Shown: positions 10,625 through 19,996, numbered from the stretch's first letter. The stretch: 53,986 bases of DNA from Polyangiaceae bacterium (GCA_033763455.1 JANRKO010000005.1:1-53986); one strand, 5' to 3'. Program-made: numbers and translations. Notes: generated by a model from the sequence alone, not told the origin.

Positions 10625-11647
10625 TCAACGACGGCCCTCCGGAATCGCAAGCGAGAATGCCTGCAGGAACTTTGCGAAGAACTCGTCGTCTTTTTCGAGG
10701 GTCTTGCGGAGCGTTGCGGAGAGCTCAAGGTGGATGAAAGAAGCTCGATGTTCACGGCTCAGCGATGCCTGAGCGTTGGTGGTTCCGCCGAGAACCTTGA
10801 CCTCATCGGGGTAGAGCCGCACTCGATTCGAACCAAGCAGGGCTTTCATGCTTTGCCCCATCGGTTTGATGTCCGCTTGGGTGCGGGCAGCGCTCACTAC
10901 GAGATCGACACCAGGCACCTTGCTGTCTCGAAATCCATGAATCTGAACCACCAGCAGCGTAGGATCTAAGGAAAGTAAGGCTTGATGTACCAGCGAGTAG
11001 AAGCTCTCGCGGTTGTGCGCAACGTCAGCTTCCGATTTGCCACCGCGGGCCTTCTCCTTTTCTTCTTCGCCCTCCCCTTCTCGGCCTCCGGATCGATGTA
11101 CGGTGTTGATCAACAGGGCTTTCGCCTGCAGCCCTTCAAATAGCCGCGTAGCGATGGGCAGCGTGCCGGCATCGAAAAAGGTGTGCGGGGCCTGCAAGAT
11201 CAGCGGACGACCCACGCTTGCACGAAGTACGTACGCACCTGCACCACGTCTGTGGCTAGACTTTTCTCTCAATAGCCACAGTGTTCCCAGCTCGGCTAAC
11301 ACGCCTTCGAAGCCAGCCGGTGCGGCTTCGAAGGGCAACCGATCGGACCACGCTGCGCGGCTCACGGCCGTTACCCAACTGACAAAGGCTTTGCCTTCCG
11401 CAGGCGTTGGGTTCACGAACTGCACCCCCTCGCTACGGCGCGTGAAGCGCAAATGTTCGAGTAGCGGGATCGGGCCTCCTTGTGACTTCCCCACGCCCGA
11501 AGGAACGGGGGGCACGGGTGGCGCTGACGAAGCTGGAGGCGGCGGATTCATATGGACAGTTTCGTCACGTTTCTCGGCCTCGCAACCACGACATCCGGTG
11601 AGTAAAAGAGCTGCGGACACAGCGGCAAGTTTCCAAAAGTTCGTCAT
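10625..11647 (-). CDS. Lipoprotein with a PghP/DUF867-like Zn-hydrolase domain
   Basis: Lipobox LLLTGC and Pro-rich linker. Motifs LQAPHTFFDAGT, ADVAH, VQIHGF, LGGTTN and FIHLELS parallel the APH..E / S(L/F)HG / G....N / VQLELS pattern of PghP-type hydrolases. Confidence 0.65.
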   Translation of the reverse strand: MTNFWKLAAVSAALLLTGCRGCEAEKRDETVHMNPPPPASSAPPVPPVPSGVGKSQGGPIPLLEHLRFTRRSEGVQFVNPTPAEGKAFVSWVTAVSRAAWSDRLPFEAAPAGFEGVLAELGTLWLLREKSSHRRGAGAYVLRASVGRPLILQAPHTFFDAGTLPIATRLFEGLQAKALLINTVHRSGGREGEGEEEKEKARGGKSEADVAHNRESFYSLVHQALLSLDPTLLVVQIHGFRDSKVPGVDLVVSAARTQADIKPMGQSMKALLGSNRVRLYPDEVKVLGGTTNAQASLSREHRASFIHLELSATLRKTLEKDDEFFAKFLQAFSLAIPEGRR

Positions 11648-11881
11648 TCTTCCTCAGCAATCTCTGGCGAATCTTCTGCTCGGGCTTACCCTGCCGCAAG
11701 CACAGCCCAAACCCACAAACGCTCTGGTCCGCAATCTGACCGGATTACGAGCACGGGGCAAGCGCTGATGCTCGCCGCGATCAACGAAGCATTCGCTGGC
11801 TTCACGCGTGTCGAGGCAAGAGATGTGGCAAGACAAGAATAGGGAGCACGTTCGTGCTAGAGAATCTCTCTGGAGGCAATT

Positions 11882-12235
11882 ATGTTTGACCGGTTCTCTC
11901 ATGTGATGGTGTACGTGAATGACCTCGAGCGTGCGCTCGACTTCTACAAAGGTAAGCTTGGATTTACTGCCGACTTCGAGACACCGCACTACGCTTCGTT
12001 GCGTCATGATGGCATGAAATGCCGCCTTGACCTGCACCCAAGCGAAGCCCAGAGCAAGGACGTGGGCTTTGGCCCTATCCCATATTTTCTCGCCGAGGAC
12101 TTCGACTTGGCCGTCGCGGAGCTGCAAAGAGCCGACGTCAAAGTGGGTGAGCCGCGCCGGGAGGGCAGTAGCCCGCGCTTCGTCACCTTCTGGGACAGCG
12201 AAGGCAACGCACTTGGCCTTGAGGAAGCGCGCTGA
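11882..12235 (+). CDS. VOC (glyoxalase/bleomycin-resistance) family protein
   Basis: FSHVMVYVNDLERALDFY..KLGF ... FWDSEGNALGL; SD-like GGAGG upstream. Confidence 0.9.
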   Translation: MFDRFSHVMVYVNDLERALDFYKGKLGFTADFETPHYASLRHDGMKCRLDLHPSEAQSKDVGFGPIPYFLAEDFDLAVAELQRADVKVGEPRREGSSPRFVTFWDSEGNALGLEEAR

Positions 12236-12271
12236 AGAACCCAGCCTTGGACGGTAGCCCAACCCGCATAT

Positions 12272-12688
12272 CTAGCCACAGGAATGGAAGTCGCTTGCGA
12301 TGTAGTCGCGATTCCTTCGCGCGCGTCTTCTGGCACGGGGGTCATTTGAAGCAGTTGAAGCAAGCGCTCGCGCGTGACGATGCCTCGCTGCGCCAACGCG
12401 CGGTTGAAAGCGATGTCCTTTTCGCGTCGGGCCACGTATTTGGAAATGGCGATCGGCGTAGTAGCCGAATTCCTCGTGGAACGGGGAATCCTGACCAATA
12501 ACGTTCAGCCACTCGGTACGGGCCACCTTGCCCCTCGCGATCAGGTCGACCTCCGCGGAGCGCACGATGTCGTCTGGTAAATCTGGGTACCTGCCATGAA
12601 GACTCTGACTGCCAATGATGACGAACTGCTTCTCACCCGTGATGCGACCGGCGGCACGTAAGACGTGATCAAGCTGATGCTTCTTCAT
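12272..12688 (-). pseudogene. DUF6036-type nucleotidyltransferase (TA toxin), internally deleted and frameshifted
   Basis: The N-half VIIGSQSLHG...SAEVDL...FHEEFGYYAD is in one frame. The C-half AISKYVARREKDIAFNRAL is in another frame (ORF 12004..12498). The segment homologues normally carry between them is missing. Confidence 0.75.
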
Positions 12689-12847
12689 TGAGCCTCTTCA
12701 CTTCGTCGCGCGGCAACAAGCCAACGTAGGGAGGCGACTGACGCAATGCAGGTCCCCACGACCTCAAGCACGCTGCCTTTGCCAACACCCCACTCCTTGA
12801 GCACGGATTTCGGAATGATCACTCCGAGAGAAGATCACCAACTTCAC
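12669..12847 (-). pseudogene. Remnant AbrB/MazE-domain antitoxin partnering the DUF6036 gene
   Basis: Manual translation gives GTG-KLVI.. / SLGVIIPKSVLKEWGVGKGSVLEV (AbrB-like) and LRQSPPYVGLLPRDEVKRLNEEASA*, in shifted frames and overlapping the DUF6036 start. Confidence 0.6.
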
Positions 12848-12853
12848 AGCCCA

Positions 12854-12871
12854 GTTATAACAATTATAACA
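12854..12871 (-). promoter_or_regulatory. AT-rich TA operator/-10 box (TGTTATAATTGTTATAAC on the minus strand)
   Basis: Repeated, palindromic TTATAA units containing TATAAT, just upstream of the AbrB remnant GTG. Confidence 0.55.
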
Positions 12872-13024
12872 TCCCGGGCTAAGGGCTATTTTTTCTTGGA
12901 GACCCGCTGCACGGCACCGGTAGTTAGGTGTCGTGCACCCCGCCGCCAGCTCGGGCCCCAGGCAGCCGCGAGCACTCACGTTCTCAACCGTCATCTTGAT
13001 TGGGGCGCGGCGATCGAGTTGTGT

Positions 13025-13423
13025 CTACTGAACAACGCGAACAAGACCAGAATTAATGATCCGTGTGTCAGATGTCACGAGGGGAACACCCAGCACACGC
13101 GCGGTGGCTACGAGCACTCGGTCCGCTGGATCCCAGTCGCGCGTAGCTTGGAGATCGGCGATCTCACGCGCGATCGTGGGCGAGATGCCGCAGCGCTCGA
13201 CCAATGGTGCCGCGGTTGCGCGCATCAACCACTCGTCGAGGGGGACCGCCAGCTTTACGCGGCCGCCTTCAAGCAAGAGAGCGATCTCCAGCAGCGTAAC
13301 GTCCGAGACGCCAACACTTACGTGATCGCTCGCTTTAGCGAGCAGGCGTCGCTGAGCCGCAGAGAGTCGCGAAGCACGTTCAAACCACCATAGCAAGATA
13401 TGCGTGTCGAGTAAGGCGATCAT
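13025..13423 (-). CDS. vapC: Type II TA toxin, PIN-domain VapC family
   Basis: LLDTHILLWW, S.VTLLEIA, DPADRVLVATA, LVTSD. Confidence 0.92.
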   Translation of the reverse strand: MIALLDTHILLWWFERASRLSAAQRRLLAKASDHVSVGVSDVTLLEIALLLEGGRVKLAVPLDEWLMRATAAPLVERCGISPTIAREIADLQATRDWDPADRVLVATARVLGVPLVTSDTRIINSGLVRVVQ

Positions 13424-13426
13424 CCG

Positions 13427-13702
13427 TCACCGACGTTTCGCCTTGCTGCGCACAGGGCCCGGCTCACCGCGAACGGCGTGCCATGCCCGGGGCGGCAAGA
13501 TCGGTTCCACGACGTCACCTAGGATTGTCACGGTTCCCGCCAAGCTCGCCTGCAGATGCCTTGCCTTCTCCCCTGCGCTAGGAACGACGCGAGCAAGCGG
13601 CTTGCCGCGCTTAGTAATTTCGAGCGGCTCCCCTGTGCGTGACAAATCCTCAAGCAGAGCCAGACACTGGGCCTTGAACTGGGTGATCGCGATGGACTTC
13701 AT
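13427..13702 (-). CDS. Type II TA antitoxin, Phd/YefM family
   Basis: True start MKSIAITQFKAQCLALLEDL..TGEPLEITKRGKPLARVVP lies inside ORF 13427..14023; directly upstream of vapC. A direct repeat ctgaccag x2 at 13703-13723 is a likely operator. Confidence 0.9.
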   Translation of the reverse strand: MKSIAITQFKAQCLALLEDLSRTGEPLEITKRGKPLARVVPSAGEKARHLQASLAGTVTILGDVVEPILPPRAWHAVRGEPGPVRSKAKRR

Positions 13703-13822
13703 CTGACCAGGTAATCTGACCAGTTTACGGACGCGGGTCAAGCCGACCGGGGGGAGATTCGGGTGGGGCCAATTGGGGCCATTCCGTTTGCCTGGCATCG
13801 CGATCCGGTTTAGGTAGGCTGA

Positions 13823-14581
13823 ATGAAGTGGAAGAGAAGTCCACGCTATGTCGTCAGTAACAAAGCACAGGGTGGCCGACCGTCGCCCCCTGATTCTGTC
13901 GGTCGCACGATCATCCAAGCGCTGCATTCGCCATTGCTCGTTACGCTCGCCGCAACGCTGGGTGCTGCGTGGGTCAGTATCAACTGGCAGTCTGCGGATA
14001 AGCGGCGCGAGTTTGAGGTGCAACAGCAGAGGCTTCTGCGAGATTGGCGAGACAGGGTGTTCAGAGAATTGAGCGCCGCGTTCGACAGCAAGATGGGGCC
14101 TATGTCTACCTACTGCACGCGGGTAGCACTCTCCAATCAGCTTGAGGCGCGAATTCGGGTCCGACGTGGCCTTGCAAGCAGCGGGACTCCAGAGCTGAGC
14201 GCTGATGCAACCCAGACAAGCGACGAACGCAATCGAGATGAGTACATTGAGCAGAGGCGCAGTATGTACGAGAAGCTAACGCAAGGCCGTGATCTCAGCA
14301 CGCTAGGTGTCGAGGTCGGCGCGATCTACTCGAGCGAGGCTGTTCGCAAGGGAGCGGAGGCCTTTGTTGCCGAATGGACGAATCTACAGCGCATTGCTGC
14401 CCCTGAAACGTCGTCGACCATACGGGCCGAACTCAGTAGTGCGCAAAGCACTGACGATGTTAATCGAGTGGGATCTCGTTGGGTGGCAAGCTGTCACGAA
14501 CAATCAGAGCTGACAAGGGATGTGTTCCAGCGCGTCCTTAGGGCGATGGCTGCCGAGCTTGGCTCGCATAGTAATGGGTAG
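13823..14581 (+). CDS. Hypothetical protein with one TM helix and a helical C-terminal domain
   Basis: 252-aa ORF, TM segment PLLVTLAATLGAAWVSI; no recognisable family. Confidence 0.6.
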   Translation: MKWKRSPRYVVSNKAQGGRPSPPDSVGRTIIQALHSPLLVTLAATLGAAWVSINWQSADKRREFEVQQQRLLRDWRDRVFRELSAAFDSKMGPMSTYCTRVALSNQLEARIRVRRGLASSGTPELSADATQTSDERNRDEYIEQRRSMYEKLTQGRDLSTLGVEVGAIYSSEAVRKGAEAFVAEWTNLQRIAAPETSSTIRAELSSAQSTDDVNRVGSRWVASCHEQSELTRDVFQRVLRAMAAELGSHSNG

Positions 14582-14670
14582 ATTTTCTGCCGCTATCAAC
14601 GCCGGAGAGCGTTGACCATGGCTCACCCCCGGCTCAATCCGATGACGCGCAAGTGAGGCTCGGTATGTCG

Positions 14671-15732
14671 CTACTCCACAACCTGCCGCATGCGCGCCGC
14701 GTGGGGACCAAACGGATAGCGTTCCAGGTACTTTCGCGCGGCCGCTTGCGCTTGCGCTAGATTGCCGGCGTTTTGGTGCGCGCGGGCTTGGCCCGCGAGT
14801 GCATCTTCGGCCAGGGCACCTTTCGGGGCGCGGCGATCGATTTGTGCGAAAAGTTCGGCGGCGCGGGCGTGCCTGCCGCGGCTTTCTTCCACGCGTGCCA
14901 GCGTGAACATTGCCGAGGCGGTTCGGGCGTCGTTCGGGAATTCGCTCACAAGGGAGGCGAGCTTTTCGGCGGCCAGGGCCGAATTACCAGTGCGCCGTGC
15001 TTCGTCAGCCTCGCGCAGCAGCCCTTCAACGGAGTGGGAGCTTTTGGGATTGGCTTCACGCACCGCCTGTGTTTCGGGCGGCGGGGCGAGCTTTTTCGCG
15101 GTGTCGGCATTCGGTATTGCCTGCGACCCTGCGTTGACCCCCATGACCTCTATGGCTTCGCCGGGACCCAACTCAACCGTTCGCACACCGTCCACCACGC
15201 GTACACGGCCCCGGGTTACCTGCACAGCGACCGTATCTCCGACGGAGATATCGAACGCGGTGCCCACCACTTCCACCCGCACACTTTTTGCTTGAATGAC
15301 GAAAGGGCGCGCGGGGTTAGGGTGAACCTCGTAGTGAACCGAGCCCGAAGCTTGCGACAACCTCACGCTCTCCGCGCTCTGGTGCTCGCAATTGACGCTG
15401 GCTCCGGCTTGCAACACCGCGAGCGAGCCATCCACGAACTTCAAGACGGAGCTTTTTGGCGGCTTCGCCAGCGAGCGTGCTGGCTCCACCTTGGCGCTAA
15501 CCTGTGAACCTGAAGGAACTTGATGGCTTCTTATAGAGGGCCCGAGGAGCAGAAAAGTGCCCGCAGCGACGGCCACTACCCCGGCTCCGATCGCTGCGAG
15601 ATGCCACACTCGGCGTTCGCGTCGAGGCGGGCGTTTCGCCTCGTCGAGAACACGCTGCAACAGGCGTGCTTCATGCACGTCGTCCCACTTGGGGGCGTAG
15701 TGCTCACGCAAGAGCTCGATTCGCTTAGACAT
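14671..15732 (-). CDS. FecR-domain anti-sigma factor with C-terminal TPR
   Basis: TM helix; FecR motif GSVHYEVHPNPARPFVI...VEVVGTAFDI...VQVTRGRVRV; TPR tail ending YLERYPFGPHA. Overlaps the sigma gene. Confidence 0.88.
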   Translation of the reverse strand: MSKRIELLREHYAPKWDDVHEARLLQRVLDEAKRPPRRERRVWHLAAIGAGVVAVAAGTFLLLGPSIRSHQVPSGSQVSAKVEPARSLAKPPKSSVLKFVDGSLAVLQAGASVNCEHQSAESVRLSQASGSVHYEVHPNPARPFVIQAKSVRVEVVGTAFDISVGDTVAVQVTRGRVRVVDGVRTVELGPGEAIEVMGVNAGSQAIPNADTAKKLAPPPETQAVREANPKSSHSVEGLLREADEARRTGNSALAAEKLASLVSEFPNDARTASAMFTLARVEESRGRHARAAELFAQIDRRAPKGALAEDALAGQARAHQNAGNLAQAQAAARKYLERYPFGPHAARMRQVVE

Positions 15733-16279
15733 GCGAAAGCCTCCGATCCAAATGCTCCTGCGCCAGAGCGATGCGGCGCTTGGCGGTGGCCAAAGAAATC
15801 CCGCAGGCTTCAGCGACTTCGGTTAACGCCTGACCTTCAACCCGAGCGAGCATCCAAGGCATCCTGAGCTTCGGCCCGATGCGATCGAGCGCATCGTAGA
15901 GCTCGTCGACCTGGGCACGCTCCGCCGGATCCGAAATCTGCGGCGCTTGGCGTTCGACTTCCAAGCCAAGCCAGATGCGGCGCCGACGCGCTTGCAGGCG
16001 CCGTTGTACTCGGCGGAGCGCAATCGTCACAAGCCATCGCCGGAGCAACTTCGGATCCTGCAAACCTGCGAGCCCACGATAGGCTTCCACGAACGTCTCC
16101 TGCACAGTGTCGTCGAGCTCGCCCGCATCCCCCAACATGCGGAAAACTACGCCCGCGATGTAGCGCGCGTGGCGTCGATACAGCTGGCTGAAGGCGCGCG
16201 CGTCCCCCGCTTGAGCGCGCACCGCTAACACATCGTCGGCGATGGAGCCGGGGCGCTGCAGGGCAGGTTGGGCGCTCAT
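15725..16279 (-). CDS. ECF sigma factor (ECF-1)
   Basis: AQAGDARAFSQLYRRH, DDTVQETFVEAY, RRWLVTIA, EVAEACGISLATAKRRI. Confidence 0.93.
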   Translation of the reverse strand: MSAQPALQRPGSIADDVLAVRAQAGDARAFSQLYRRHARYIAGVVFRMLGDAGELDDTVQETFVEAYRGLAGLQDPKLLRRWLVTIALRRVQRRLQARRRRIWLGLEVERQAPQISDPAERAQVDELYDALDRIGPKLRMPWMLARVEGQALTEVAEACGISLATAKRRIALAQEHLDRRLSHV

Positions 16280-16287
16280 AGAGATAG

Positions 16288-16318
16288 AGTGGCTGAAAGC
16301 TAGCGAATTCGGCTCAAA
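16288..16318 (-). promoter_or_regulatory. Putative ECF-1 promoter TTTGAGC-N19-CCACT (autoregulatory)
   Basis: Same motif and spacing as 16391-16421; ends 8 nt before the sigma ATG. Confidence 0.7.
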
Positions 16319-16390
16319 GTTCTAACGTGTCGGTGTTTTTTCTTAGGGCCCGCCGTAAGGTCCGGCGCGTCGGAAGATTTCTTGGAGAAG

Positions 16391-16421
16391 TTTGAGCTTC
16401 CGCGAGCCCGTGGGCGGCACT
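16391..16421 (+). promoter_or_regulatory. Putative ECF-1 promoter TTTGAGC-N19-GCACT for the DUF1592/DUF1552 operon
   Basis: Mirror copy of the motif at 16288-16318; ends 10 nt before the ATG at 16432. Confidence 0.7.
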
Positions 16422-16431
16422 GGTTTAGGTT

Positions 16432-18180
16432 ATGGGCTACTCGCGTCACGTAGGCTTCTTTCGCCTCGGTCTGTCAGTCTTCTGTTGTTTAGCCTCTGCG
16501 GGTTGCTCCGCGGAACCGGGTGGGGCGGGTGCCTCCGGCAGCCCAACGGTCGATCCGAGTGCAACGCCTACAACACCGCCGACAAACTTGCCTGGGTCAG
16601 GGGGGACCTCTGGTATTCCAACGGATCCGCCCGCCATTGATGGCAATAAGCCGCTCACGTGCGATCCTGCCCAAACGTCGTTGGGCCCTCAACGAATTTG
16701 GCGCCTCACGCGTGAGCAAATGGACCTTACGTTGAGTGGTCTCTTGGGAACGAGCACGCACCTCGCCACCGATCGCCTGCCAAAGGAATTTTCTACCAAT
16801 GGCTTCCTCAACAACTCCGCCGCCCTCCGGGTGCGTGAGCCCGAGGTGACCCAACAGAACGCCATTGCCAAAGAGCTTGCTGCCGACACGGTGAGCGCAC
16901 GCCTTGCCACTCTATTCCCATGCCCAGAGTCCCAGCTCGCAGACGCCACCTGTCAGCAAGACTTCGTGAAGAGCTTTGGGGAAAAGGCCTTTCGCCGGCC
17001 GCTTCAGCCAGAAGAGTTGACACGCTACCAAGCTCTCTTCGCCCTGGGTTTGGCAAAGAAGGACGCAAAGCTCGGGATCACGGCGGTGGTTGAGGCCATG
17101 CTGCAGTCGCCGTATTTCTGGTTCCGCACAGAAATCGGTGTTGCCAACGGTGCAAAAGCTCGCTTGGACAACTTCGAGTTAGCGTCAGCTCTTTCGTATG
17201 CGCTCACTAACACGGCGCCAGACGCTGAGTTGCAGAGTGCGGCGCGTGCGGGTGAGCTTACAACCGATGCTAACGTCGTGGTCCAGGTTCGGCGGCTCCT
17301 GGGCTCCGCGCTCGCGAGGCCTGCCTTGGGCGGATTTTTACGCCAGCTTTTTTCTTACCCATTTTTGGAAGATGCCAACAAGAACCCGCAACTATTCCCC
17401 AACTTTGCCACATTGAAGCCGCTCATGCAGAGCGAAGCGGATCAATTCTTTCCGTACGTGCTGTTTGATGACGGCGGCAAGCTGGAGACGCTGCTCACGG
17501 CGAACTACACCTTCGCGAATTCAGAGCTGGCTCAGCTTTACGGCGTGAGCGCGCCGGGATCGGCTTTCACGAAGGTGATGCTACCTGCCAATCAGCGTGC
17601 CGGTGCCTTGGGGCTGTCAGGAGTAATGTCCACGCTGGCCGTCGACAATCGAACCTCACCGGTGGCACGCGGGATGTTTATTCGGGAACGCTTGCTGTGC
17701 GCCACCATCCCGGATCCTCCGGCAGGAGTAGATCTCACGATCCCTGAGCTGCCACCGGGCCTCACCGCGCGGCAACAGCTCGAAGCCAGGACCACCGCGC
17801 CAGCGTGCAGCGCCTGTCATAGCTTGATGAATCCGCTCGGTTTTGGCCTAGAAAAGCTGGATTCTATTGGGCGCTTCCGCGATACGGAAAATTCTCTGCC
17901 AATCGATGATTCGGGTGAATTCAAGGATACTGCGGATCTGAACGGCACTTTCCAAGGCGCCGTGGATCTTGCGCAGAAGCTTTCCACCAGTGACCAAGTT
18001 CGCCAGTGCCTAACGCTTGACACCTTTCGCTACGCGCTGGGCCGCGCTGAGAGCCTGGGTGACGCCTGTGCGCTCACCAAGCAGAAGGCGGCCTTCGCTG
18101 CGGCGAACTACGACATCAAAGAGCTGTGGGTAGCAACGCTGAGCTCGGAGCCCTTCCTCTACCGCGCGGTCGGTCAGTGA
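16432..18180 (+). CDS. DUF1587/1595/1592/1588/1585 (PSD/PSCyt3) lipoprotein with a CxxCH haem motif, copy 1
   Basis: Lipobox ASAGC; IWRLTREQ, AFRRPL, LQSPYFWFR, ELASALSY, RTSPVARG, CSACH, NPLGFGLE.LDSIGRFR. Confidence 0.9.
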   Translation: MGYSRHVGFFRLGLSVFCCLASAGCSAEPGGAGASGSPTVDPSATPTTPPTNLPGSGGTSGIPTDPPAIDGNKPLTCDPAQTSLGPQRIWRLTREQMDLTLSGLLGTSTHLATDRLPKEFSTNGFLNNSAALRVREPEVTQQNAIAKELAADTVSARLATLFPCPESQLADATCQQDFVKSFGEKAFRRPLQPEELTRYQALFALGLAKKDAKLGITAVVEAMLQSPYFWFRTEIGVANGAKARLDNFELASALSYALTNTAPDAELQSAARAGELTTDANVVVQVRRLLGSALARPALGGFLRQLFSYPFLEDANKNPQLFPNFATLKPLMQSEADQFFPYVLFDDGGKLETLLTANYTFANSELAQLYGVSAPGSAFTKVMLPANQRAGALGLSGVMSTLAVDNRTSPVARGMFIRERLLCATIPDPPAGVDLTIPELPPGLTARQQLEARTTAPACSACHSLMNPLGFGLEKLDSIGRFRDTENSLPIDDSGEFKDTADLNGTFQGAVDLAQKLSTSDQVRQCLTLDTFRYALGRAESLGDACALTKQKAAFAAANYDIKELWVATLSSEPFLYRAVGQ

Positions 18181-18213
18181 CCAACCTTTGCAAATAACCG
18201 AAAAGGAACGACC

Positions 18214-19515
18214 ATGAGTCTTGCAATTCCTCGCCGTCAACTCCTCCGCGCCACCGGTGCCGGCCTTGTCGCGCTGCCTTTTCTGCGCCCCTTCAAGCAC
18301 ACGGCCCATGCCCAGGCCGCCACGCCTAAGCGTTTGATCGTGTTCTGGCACGCGAACGGGGCCGTTCAATCGGATTTTTGGCCCACAGGCGCCGGCAGCG
18401 ATTTCACCCTGAATCGCATTATGCAGCCGCTTTCGGCCCACCAGAAAGACCTCACCATCCTACGCGGGATCGTCTTTTCGGGCACCGGAGATCACAAGAC
18501 CGGAAAACCCTACAGCGTTACAGGTTTCCCAAACGAGGATAGCACCGCGCTCACGGGGAGCGGGCCTTCGATCGACCAAGAGGTGGGAGCAGCGTTTGGT
18601 TCACCCCCGATTGTGGTGTGCGGAGAGGCCAAAGACAACGTGCGCGGCTATATCAGCTACGACATGAATAAGAATGTCGTGGTGCCACAGAAGAGCCCGG
18701 TGCGCGCCTATGAAAGCGTGTTTGGTGCCATCAGCCCGATGCCTCCCGGCGGCACTCCCGCTGCGCCGGGCGGTCGCGATGCTGAGCTCGATAATCTGAT
18801 CCTCGACACGGCCCTAGCCGACGTGGCAGCCCTTCGCACTCGGCTCCCAGCCTCCGAGCAAGTGAAGATGGACGATCAAGCGCGTGCTCTCGCCCAGCTC
18901 AAGCAAAACTTGATGATGGGGGGCCCTGGCACTGGCTCGATGCCGCAGATCGCGTGCAGCAGCGACAATTCAGCCGCATTTGCCACCGAACCCTCCGACT
19001 ACGAGGCGCGCGTGAAGTTGCACGCCGATCTCATCGCCACAGCCTTTGCGTGTGACGTGCGACGCTCAGCCAGCCTCATGTTATCTCCGGTGGGCCACGA
19101 CAACATGGGGGGCCTTGGCAAATACGTCGCCAATGTCGGCGGAGACATTCACAACAACATTGCGCACCCAGACCCAGGCGGTGTACGCATGAGTGACATC
19201 GGAGTTTTCGAGGCAAAATTGCTCAATTACCTGATTGAACGCTTGAAGAGCATTCCCGAGGGCAACGGCACCGTGTTCGACAACACCGTGATCTTGTGGA
19301 CCACCGAGTGCACGCACGGCAACCACGGCCATACCGAGATCCCGGTAGTGCTCGTAGGCTCCGGTGGCGGCGCGTTACGCACCGGGCAATACCTGCAATT
19401 CGCGCAAAATCCTGGGTACGGAAACGTACTGCTCTCGGTAATGCACGCCCTGGGACACAAGATCGCAAGCTTTGGCGATAACGGCAAAGGGCCGTTGACT
19501 GAGTTGATGGCGTAG
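18214..19515 (+). CDS. DUF1552 (HXXSHH family) Tat-exported protein, copy 1
   Basis: Tat motif PRRQLLR; PKRLIVFWHANG, SIDQ, AFACDVRR, IHNNIAH, EGNGTVFDNT, GNHGH. Confidence 0.9.
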   Translation: MSLAIPRRQLLRATGAGLVALPFLRPFKHTAHAQAATPKRLIVFWHANGAVQSDFWPTGAGSDFTLNRIMQPLSAHQKDLTILRGIVFSGTGDHKTGKPYSVTGFPNEDSTALTGSGPSIDQEVGAAFGSPPIVVCGEAKDNVRGYISYDMNKNVVVPQKSPVRAYESVFGAISPMPPGGTPAAPGGRDAELDNLILDTALADVAALRTRLPASEQVKMDDQARALAQLKQNLMMGGPGTGSMPQIACSSDNSAAFATEPSDYEARVKLHADLIATAFACDVRRSASLMLSPVGHDNMGGLGKYVANVGGDIHNNIAHPDPGGVRMSDIGVFEAKLLNYLIERLKSIPEGNGTVFDNTVILWTTECTHGNHGHTEIPVVLVGSGGGALRTGQYLQFAQNPGYGNVLLSVMHALGHKIASFGDNGKGPLTELMA

Positions 19516-19699
19516 GCGCTTCAGGCGGAGGCTGGGATCACATCCAGCGCTGGGGGAGGGGCTCAAGCTGCGTCGAGCACTCGCGAGGCTGAAGGCTGGG
19601 TTCGCGTGGGCCGCCGAGCGGATTGCTGAACGCACCAGGTGACCTATCGTGACACAGCGACCCGGCAGGCTCAAATGCCGAGTCTAGAAGGCATTGGCG

Positions 19700-19996
19700 T
19701 GTCACAGGCAATAAACTTGTCGTCGTCGGGGTCGGTGCAGATCTGCTCAGGCAACGGCGGCGTTGCTCTACCATGTCCACTGTTGTCAGCAAGAGCTGGA
19801 TGATCTGCCCTGCCAACTCTGCTGAACGGGGGTGTCGCTTTCCAAGCTCGTCCGCGACGCGCTCATACTCAGCGACAATGTCGGGGGATGCGACCAGCGA
19901 GACAACCCCTTCTTGCCATGCATCCAGCAGCTTTCGCGGTGTGCCCTTCCAAAAGATCGCCGACATCAAGACGTTGGTGTCGAGGACAATCCTCAT
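19700..19996 (-). pseudogene. PIN-family TA toxin (TIGR00305-like), frameshifted and truncated
   Basis: MRIVLDTNVLMSAIFW.G.P at the start. The conserved ICTDPDDDKFIAC appears only in a shifted frame after ~19765, and the C-terminal IVSGD motif is absent. Confidence 0.8.

Noticed and set aside
13703..14023. N-terminal extension of ORF 13427..14023
   Set aside because: The Phd domain starts at 13702; the extension overlaps the operator and the opposite-strand gene.
12240..14670. Integron cassette array (TA genes plus orphan ORFs)
   Set aside because: No convincing paired RYYYAAC/GTTRRRY attC sites, mixed gene orientations, and no integrase.
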